NCBI GenBank assembly: GCA_021813435.1
Contig: JAKAKR010000014.1
Coordinates: forward strand, 98,889-122,888
DNA: 24,000 nucleotides
Direction: 5' to 3'
Origin: Nanobdellota archaeon
GTDB lineage: Archaea > Nanobdellota > Nanobdellia > Woesearchaeales > UBA9642
Shown here: in pieces, positions 18,066-24,000 of the stretch
How positions within the stretch are numbered: position 1 is the stretch's first letter
How the letters are laid out: each line of letters starts with the position of its first letter
Notes under the pieces: model-generated
Seen by the model: the letters and a program-made list of their open reading frames with translations, nothing else
The model's database searches: none
Told to the model about the DNA's origin: nothing
Made by a program: the position numbers and the translations under genes

Positions 18066-18890
18066 ATGACGATGGACATAAAAGAAGGAGTAAAGAACTG
18101 CACGCTATGCAATAAAAGTAGCAAATATCTTTTTAATTTAGGCAATCAACGGGTCTGTGATGATTGTTTTGTAAAATTTTATAAATCTCCGAATAAAATA
18201 GTCGCTACAGAGAAACCCATTAATGCACCAAGTAAATCACAGATTGCGACTCCGAATTACGTAAACTATTATGAGTTATTATTACAACAGTTGGATAAGA
18301 CCACGACTAACAGGGAATTACTCTCTTATCTGCCTAAATTTTATTTGATACTTTCTAAAATAATTACTGATCATAAAGCGGATTGGTATTCTAAAATGCT
18401 TGCTAATTGTGCTTTGTCTTATCTTGTAATAGAAAGCGATATAATCCCTGATAATAGCGCTACGGATTTGGGCTACATGGATGATTTATTCATATGCGCT
18501 TATGTTCTGAGGAACATCAGGGACAATGTTTCTCGAGATATAATATTATCCAATGTAGAAGACAAAAAAGAAAAAGAGAGTATATTTGACGATATCTATA
18601 ACGTCTTATCTCAATGTGATGAATATGTGGGTGATAAAAAGGACAGAATTCTGTCCTTTGTGGGTTTGAAAGAGTTCGATTCACTAGACTTCACATACTC
18701 CGAGGAGAAATCCCTCTCTATTAATTTGAGGAAGAAAAAACAACGATTGATATACGCAATGTTAGCTGTAAAACTCTCTCCGCTATTAAATAATCATTAT
18801 ACAGATAGAAAACATGTAAATTTCAAAGAGTATATCCTTGAACATAGGGATTTATTGGAATTAAAAAGATATATGGAGTTTGATAAATAA
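18066..18890 (+). CDS. Zn-ribbon + DUF1232 (YkvA)-like helical protein
   Basis: CTLC-x15-CDDC N-terminal zinc motif; ANCALSYLVIESDIIPDNSATDLGYMDDLFICAYVL closely resembles the DUF1232 core (Y..PxDxIPD....G..DD). ATG at 18066 starts right after the stop at 18064. Confidence 0.7.
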   Translation: MTMDIKEGVKNCTLCNKSSKYLFNLGNQRVCDDCFVKFYKSPNKIVATEKPINAPSKSQIATPNYVNYYELLLQQLDKTTTNRELLSYLPKFYLILSKIITDHKADWYSKMLANCALSYLVIESDIIPDNSATDLGYMDDLFICAYVLRNIRDNVSRDIILSNVEDKKEKESIFDDIYNVLSQCDEYVGDKKDRILSFVGLKEFDSLDFTYSEEKSLSINLRKKKQRLIYAMLAVKLSPLLNNHYTDRKHVNFKEYILEHRDLLELKRYMEFDK

Positions 18891-18893
18891 AAA

Positions 18894-19610
18894 ATGGCAT
18901 CATATTTGGAAATATTGGAAAATGCATCTCAGACGTATACTGGATTACGGAATGAATTAATCACCATAACTCCTAAATTCTTCAAATTGATACAAGATTT
19001 ATACGGAGAAGATATAGATTGGAAATCGAAATTCAAAATCAATTGCTGCTTGGCGCATTTTTCAATTATAAGTAACCAACAAAAATCTGAATCGATAAAT
19101 TATATTGAGGGTCTGTATTTATGCGCATATGTATTAAATCAGATATACCCCAAATATTCGGATTTAATCGAAAAGAATTGGGATAATGGGGGAACAGCCA
19201 AGGATGCAATTGCAAATACTCTGAAATTGATTGAAGACACGATAGTGTTGAAAAAACAAGACTTATTAGTATACTCCGGACTCAATAAATTTGATGAGAT
19301 GTCGAAGGACAAAGATGCATTCAAGATTCCGTCAGGTATAGATGATAAATTAGATCGCATATATAACCAAAACTTGGATTTAATGGTATTATTACATTCA
19401 GTTTTTTACATAGAAGGAACTAAACCTTCCGGAAGGAGATTACGGGATTATAAAGAACTATTCAGCAAGCATGAATGGGAAAGAGTGATAAGGATTATCC
19501 AGAATATTGAAATGCACGAATCAAGATTCGATAATAGTCATGAGATTGAATTAGAAAAGATAAAAAGAAGAGTTATACTTGAAATGGATGATGATTTAAT
19601 AATGGAGTAA
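18894..19610 (+). CDS. Paralog of the preceding protein (degenerate DUF1232-like, no Zn motif)
   Basis: Align-by-eye: RNELITITPKFFKLI...DWKSKFKINCCLAHFSIIS...NYIEGLYLCAYVLNQI vs NRELLSYLPKFYLIL...DWYSKMLANCALSYLVIE...GYMDDLFICAYVLRNI; shared LLVYSGLNKFDEM vs ILSFVGLKEFDSL. Confidence 0.75.
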   Translation: MASYLEILENASQTYTGLRNELITITPKFFKLIQDLYGEDIDWKSKFKINCCLAHFSIISNQQKSESINYIEGLYLCAYVLNQIYPKYSDLIEKNWDNGGTAKDAIANTLKLIEDTIVLKKQDLLVYSGLNKFDEMSKDKDAFKIPSGIDDKLDRIYNQNLDLMVLLHSVFYIEGTKPSGRRLRDYKELFSKHEWERVIRIIQNIEMHESRFDNSHEIELEKIKRRVILEMDDDLIME

Positions 19611-19612
19611 AC

Positions 19613-21739
19613 ATGGAATCATTGAAAGATTATCAATGGGATACAAGATATAGCAGCGCTACACATAATCTAATAAAGGATTTTTTCATTCCGGCATTAT
19701 CTAGGTCAAGATATTATTACAGGATTGCAGGATACTTCTCATCCATGGCGATAGCAGCAGCTTTTCGAGGTATAAGTTCGTTTGTAGAAAATGGCGAGAA
19801 GATGTTCTTGATAGTTGGCAGCGAATTAACTGCGGACGATGTAAACGCAATAAATAAAGGAATACTGAAAGTCGATGAAATATTGACGAGAAAATGGGAA
19901 GATTGTTTCAAGGATTTTAATAACGATATAATAAAAAAAAGATTTGAATTATTATCTTGGTTAATTGCTAACGATAAACTGGAGATTCGTATAGGGATAA
20001 ATAAGGATGAATCAGGTAGGTATTTAACCGCTAACGAAGCCATATTCCACGAGAAAATTCTGATATTTGAAGATTATGACAAAAGTCAGATACAGGTAGA
20101 TGGATCTATTAATGAAACTTGGAGAGCTTGGAGAAAAAACAGGGAGTCATTTTGTGTTCATAAAAGTTGGGTTGAAGGCAATGATATATTCATCAAAACA
20201 GCTAAGGCAGAATTTGATAAAGTATGGTTAAGCAAAGATCCCACCTGTGAAGCTGTTGAACTTCCTGATGCAGTCAAAAATCGATTGTTGTCTATTACGC
20301 CAGCGCATAAACCAGAAATAGAGGATGAAGTTGATTTCTCGTTTGAAGAATTCGAAGAAGAGGAATCAAAAACAGTGACCCTAAGAAGATATCAATTAGA
20401 AGCAATAACAGCGTGGAATGATAATAATCATATAGGAGTTCTAGAGATGGCTACGGGCACAGGTAAGACGGTAACAGCGTTATGTGCAATTAAGAATCTT
20501 CCACTTAAAGGCAGGATGCTGATTATTGGTGTACCTCAAAAGGAATTAGCAGCCCAATGGGAAACACAATGTGAATCTGTATTTATAGATACACCTAAAC
20601 AAATTATACCTTGTCATAGCGACACGGATTGGAAATCGAATCTATCAAGGGAGATAAGGCAGTGTATCAGAAATGAATCTTTGGGGATTATTATCGCTGT
20701 ATTTAACACTATGCGTTCAGCGAAATTTCAAGATATTATTAAGAACATAATCGGCGATGCATATCTGATATTAGATGAGGTTCATGAACTCGGCAGTTTT
20801 GAGAATAGAAAAATGTTCCACATGTTTGATAATGTTAAATATAGGCTCGGATTGAGTGCAACACCGAGTAGAGTCTGGGATTCCGAGGGTGATGAGGCCA
20901 TACAAAAATTCTTTGGTGGCAAGCCGATTTTCGTGTGGGATATGGACAAAGCAATAAACCCCCCAGAAGGATATGAAAGATGTCTTTGCCCTTACAAATA
21001 TCATTTACATGAGTGTAGTCTTATTGATGATGAATCTGCGAAATATGAAGAATTGTCAAACAGGATAAACAGGAAAATAGCAACATTGATGTCACAAGGC
21101 AAGAAAATCAGCAGTATAGACGATGAACCTGCACTCAAGATGTTGTTATTTGAAAGAGCCAACTTAATCAAGGAATGTTTGGGAAAAGACGAAATACTTT
21201 CAGACATATTAGAGAAAAAGGATAATGAATTATTGAAGTGCCTTGTATATTGTAATGATGAGAAACATATGGATAAGGCATCAAGTATCATATCTGGGAA
21301 AGGTTTGAGTTGTCGAAAATTCTTCGGCCAGATGGATGAGGATGAAAGAGAGAGAGTCTTTGATTCGTTCACAAATAGCGATGTGCAATTTCTGGTAGCC
21401 ATAAAAATATTGGATCAAGGTATAGACTTGCCTATCTGTAATTCAGCAATCATACTTTCCAGTTCACAAAATCCTCGAGAATATGTTCAGAGGCGAGGTC
21501 GAATCCTCAGACTGCACAAGTCTAAGGAATATGCGATTGTGCATGACATAATCGTTTTTCCAAAAAAATATGCTGATTTGAAAACCGGCAAAGTAAAACT
21601 TGAAGTTTATGAGGCAAACCTTCTGAAAACTCAAATCAAGAGAATGGACATATTTATGGAAAATTCCCTCAATAAAGCCGAAAACTTTTTAAAAAAGCTT
21701 GAGTATGGAGATATTATAACAAATAGCCTTAAGGAATGA
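19613..21739 (+). CDS. Fusion of PLD-family nuclease-like domain with DEAD/DEAH (SF2) helicase
   Basis: PLD-like FHEKILIF...VDGSINETWRAWRKNRES; helicase LRRYQLEAI, ATGTGKTVTAL (I), LDEVHEL (II), GLSATPSR (III), AIKILDQGIDLP (V), QRRGRILR (VI); 708 aa. Confidence 0.9.
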   Translation: MESLKDYQWDTRYSSATHNLIKDFFIPALSRSRYYYRIAGYFSSMAIAAAFRGISSFVENGEKMFLIVGSELTADDVNAINKGILKVDEILTRKWEDCFKDFNNDIIKKRFELLSWLIANDKLEIRIGINKDESGRYLTANEAIFHEKILIFEDYDKSQIQVDGSINETWRAWRKNRESFCVHKSWVEGNDIFIKTAKAEFDKVWLSKDPTCEAVELPDAVKNRLLSITPAHKPEIEDEVDFSFEEFEEEESKTVTLRRYQLEAITAWNDNNHIGVLEMATGTGKTVTALCAIKNLPLKGRMLIIGVPQKELAAQWETQCESVFIDTPKQIIPCHSDTDWKSNLSREIRQCIRNESLGIIIAVFNTMRSAKFQDIIKNIIGDAYLILDEVHELGSFENRKMFHMFDNVKYRLGLSATPSRVWDSEGDEAIQKFFGGKPIFVWDMDKAINPPEGYERCLCPYKYHLHECSLIDDESAKYEELSNRINRKIATLMSQGKKISSIDDEPALKMLLFERANLIKECLGKDEILSDILEKKDNELLKCLVYCNDEKHMDKASSIISGKGLSCRKFFGQMDEDERERVFDSFTNSDVQFLVAIKILDQGIDLPICNSAIILSSSQNPREYVQRRGRILRLHKSKEYAIVHDIIVFPKKYADLKTGKVKLEVYEANLLKTQIKRMDIFMENSLNKAENFLKKLEYGDIITNSLKE

Positions 21740-21745
21740 ACTACC

Positions 21746-21907
21746 ATGGATGAAGATATTAATAGGATAATAAAAAAGGTTTTTTCTGAAGGAGATTCTA
21801 AGATAATAGAGGACATGTTAGATGTCGTGAACAAAGATATGTCAGACACTAAGATGGTCAAAAGGATGAATGACATAGATTTGATACTAAACGGTTACTT
21901 GGAATGA
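21746..21907 (+). CDS. Small 53-aa protein between helicase and ABC ATPase (not in ORF track)
   Basis: Manual translation: MDEDINRIIKKVFSEGDSKIIEDMLDVVNKDMSDTKMVKRMNDIDLILNGYLE*; stop overlaps the next gene's ATG (ATGA, 21904-21907). Confidence 0.7.
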   Translation: MDEDINRIIKKVFSEGDSKIIEDMLDVVNKDMSDTKMVKRMNDIDLILNGYLE

Positions 21908-23877
21908 TTGAATTCAAACTAATCAAAATAAGGATATATAATTTTGCATGTTATTATGGTAATAATGAGATAGATTTTCAAGTCAAATCAGATAAAAACA
22001 TCTTCTTGTTCAAACTTCCAAATGGATATGGAAAAACTAGTTTATTTCAGGCAATAAAATGGGGATTCTATGGAGAGAACATAGAATATTATAAAGATTC
22101 CAAGCAGGTGCATATAGATGAATTCCTGAATGACAGACTTAATCCGGACAAGGATTCTTGTTTTGTTGAAATCTTCTTTCAGTATGGACATCATAATTAT
22201 GAACTCAAAAGAACCTACACTCCGAGTGTTCGTAAATCCTCATTGTTAACATTATCCAAAGACAATAGAGAAATAGTAAAATTAGAGGATATCGAAGATG
22301 AAATTAATCAGATAATCCCGAAGAATTTTTCAGATTTCTTTATGTTCGACGGTGAGCAATTAAGCAAATTTACAACTGCTCAGAAAGATTTTCTATTCAT
22401 GGACAGCATACATCAACTGCTGGGGTTGAAACAATTACGGGTTCTGAGGGATGATTTGAGAAAATTAGAGGAAAGATATGAGAACAGGTTGGTGCAGCAG
22501 ACAGAGACCAACAAGGAAGTCGAGAAACGACAGAACATCATTAAAGGTTTGTTGGTTGACATAAAAAACTTTGAAACTAAAATCCAAAATAATCTCGCAA
22601 AGATTACTGAAAACGACAAAATCAAGGGAGGACTTGAGGATCAAAGGAAAGTATATGAAAATCTCCCAAAGGTTATGCAAGAGCTTGAAAAGATAAATGA
22701 AAAAATAAGAAGCAACGATAAAGAGATTAATCTAATAAGTAACAGGCTACAATCGAATTCAAAGAACCTTTTCGTATCTTTTATAAAATCCGATTTGATG
22801 AATTTAGTAACCACAAACATCGAGAAGATAGATGAACTAAAAGACGTCTGCGGACTAACTGATATGCAAGCTGAGACACAGATAAATAAAGAGAAAATAT
22901 TAAAGAAAAGTATCCCTGTATGCGATGTTTGCGGCCATAAACTAGATTCTGAAGAAAAGAAAAATCTAGAAGTAGAACAGGAGAGAATTCATCAGTCCTT
23001 GAAGCTATTTCATCAAAATAAGAATCAACGTGATGATATACAAAATGAGAATCAATTATATACTTCGTTCTCGAATTTAGTCAAAGATTATGATTTTCAG
23101 AAAGACTTAGATGATTTGAAGGGATTAAACCTAAAACAAGGTATTTTATTAAAGGAAAAGAAGGATTTGGACAAAGAAAGCCAACGAGAAGAATACGGAA
23201 GCTTATCGACAATAAACAGGCAAATAGGTTTATTGGATGAGGAAAATTCTACATTGCGAGCTGATAATAAGACGCTAGAATTAAGAATTCGTAAAACCAA
23301 AGAGGAAAAGGACGAGGTCACGAAGGAGATAAAGAGATTTGGCCATGATGATAAGATATTCAGCAAAACAACGACTTTGGCGAGTACGGCAGGTAAATAT
23401 GTTAAGTTGCTTGATGAGGCGCTAGAATTAGGCACACAAACTAAGAGGATGTCTATATTGAAAAAGTCCAATGAACTATTTAATGCCATTACCAACAAAC
23501 CGGAAGAATACCTCGGGTTGGATTTTGAAAACGATTCAAGTTTTTCCTTTGTCATAAAAACCAAGGACAATAGGAAAGTAACTAATCCATCTAAGGGCGA
23601 AAAACAAGTGATGGCTATGAGTTTCTTGTTAGGCTTAAATCAATACACAGGGATTAATAACGTAATACTTATGGATACTCCTGTGGCAAGCTTGGATGAT
23701 GTTCACAGTGCCGGCATCGGTACTGCATTGTCTCATCTGAAGAATCAAGTCATTTTCTTAGCCCAACCTGTTGAATTAAGCGGAGACATTCTCAAAAATA
23801 TGAAACCTGGAATCGCTAAGGAATTCGTCGTAGAAAGACATGATTATAAATCAACCATAATTGAGGAAACAAAATGA
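21904..23877 (+). CDS. DndD/Rad50-like SMC-family ABC ATPase
   Basis: Walker A LPNGYGKTSLFQAIKWGFYG, DndD-like FFMFDGEQLSKF, central CDVCGHKLD hook-like CxxC inside long coiled coils, signature SKGEKQVMAMSFLLGL, Walker B VILMDTPVASLDD, H-loop region VIFLAQP. Confidence 0.88.
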   Translation: MIEFKLIKIRIYNFACYYGNNEIDFQVKSDKNIFLFKLPNGYGKTSLFQAIKWGFYGENIEYYKDSKQVHIDEFLNDRLNPDKDSCFVEIFFQYGHHNYELKRTYTPSVRKSSLLTLSKDNREIVKLEDIEDEINQIIPKNFSDFFMFDGEQLSKFTTAQKDFLFMDSIHQLLGLKQLRVLRDDLRKLEERYENRLVQQTETNKEVEKRQNIIKGLLVDIKNFETKIQNNLAKITENDKIKGGLEDQRKVYENLPKVMQELEKINEKIRSNDKEINLISNRLQSNSKNLFVSFIKSDLMNLVTTNIEKIDELKDVCGLTDMQAETQINKEKILKKSIPVCDVCGHKLDSEEKKNLEVEQERIHQSLKLFHQNKNQRDDIQNENQLYTSFSNLVKDYDFQKDLDDLKGLNLKQGILLKEKKDLDKESQREEYGSLSTINRQIGLLDEENSTLRADNKTLELRIRKTKEEKDEVTKEIKRFGHDDKIFSKTTTLASTAGKYVKLLDEALELGTQTKRMSILKKSNELFNAITNKPEEYLGLDFENDSSFSFVIKTKDNRKVTNPSKGEKQVMAMSFLLGLNQYTGINNVILMDTPVASLDDVHSAGIGTALSHLKNQVIFLAQPVELSGDILKNMKPGIAKEFVVERHDYKSTIIEETK

Positions 23878-24000
23878 AGATAGAAGAATTTATAGACGCT
23901 GGAAATATAAAATTTAGGAGCGCCTATAGAGATTCTATGTATTTCGTAATCAAGGAAAAAGATGATACGGGTTTGCTTGTCGGAATGAGTGAAATGTTTT
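23874..24000 (+). CDS. Start of a further operon gene, truncated by the window
   Basis: MKIEEFIDAGNIKFRSAYRDSMYFVIKEKDDTGLLVGMSEMF...; ATG overlaps the upstream stop (ATGA, 23874-23877). Confidence 0.75.
   Translation, partial: MKIEEFIDAGNIKFRSAYRDSMYFVIKEKDDTGLLVGMSEMF

Noticed and set aside
20771-21402. Minus-strand ORFs opposite the PLD-helicase
   Set aside because: Shadow ORFs over conserved helicase motifs.
23097-23570. 157-aa minus-strand ORF opposite the DndD-like ATPase
   Set aside because: Composition reflects the reverse of coiled-coil codons (runs of Ser/Leu/Phe); no start context or homology recognised.
21904-23877. Calling this a complete Dnd phosphorothioation system
   Set aside because: No DndC/PAPS-reductase-like, DndA cysteine desulfurase or DndE gene lies within the window; only DndD-like similarity is supported.
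12455-24000. CRISPR array or reverse-transcriptase/retron-like system
   Set aside because: No regularly spaced repeats and no RT motifs (YxDD) or Cas-like proteins were seen in any frame provided.

Overview
This is an archaeal chromosomal segment. Archaeal-only markers include eS17, eS6, uL16/L10e, Alba, TFB, a class III signal-peptide pilin-like protein and TATA boxes about 25 nt upstream of genes. The left part (about 1-12.45 kb) is mostly housekeeping: tRNA-Arg(TCG), a three-gene BadF/HgdC activase + DUF2229-like cluster, a truncated Hel308-like helicase, argS, a NOG1-like GTPase, and an IS200-type tnpA with paired end hairpins. At tRNA-Gln(CTG) (12382-12454) the sequence becomes visibly AT-richer and accessory: a tyrosine recombinase directly follows the tRNA 3' end, then two ribbon-helix-helix proteins, a large AAA-type ATPase and an element-encoded TFB paralog. 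The most interesting region is a tightly packed operon from 17552 to beyond the window end. It encodes a possible PD-(D/E)XK-like protein, two tandem paralogous proteins (a Zn-ribbon + DUF1232/YkvA-like one and a degenerate one), a PLD-nuclease + SF2 helicase fusion, an unlisted 53-aa ORF, a DndD/Rad50-like ABC ATPase with a CxxC hook, and a further gene cut by the window edge. I consider this a candidate uncharacterised anti-mobile-element or defence system carried by a tRNA-Gln-integrated element. No DndC/DndE sulfur-modification enzyme, CRISPR array or methyltransferase is visible in the window.
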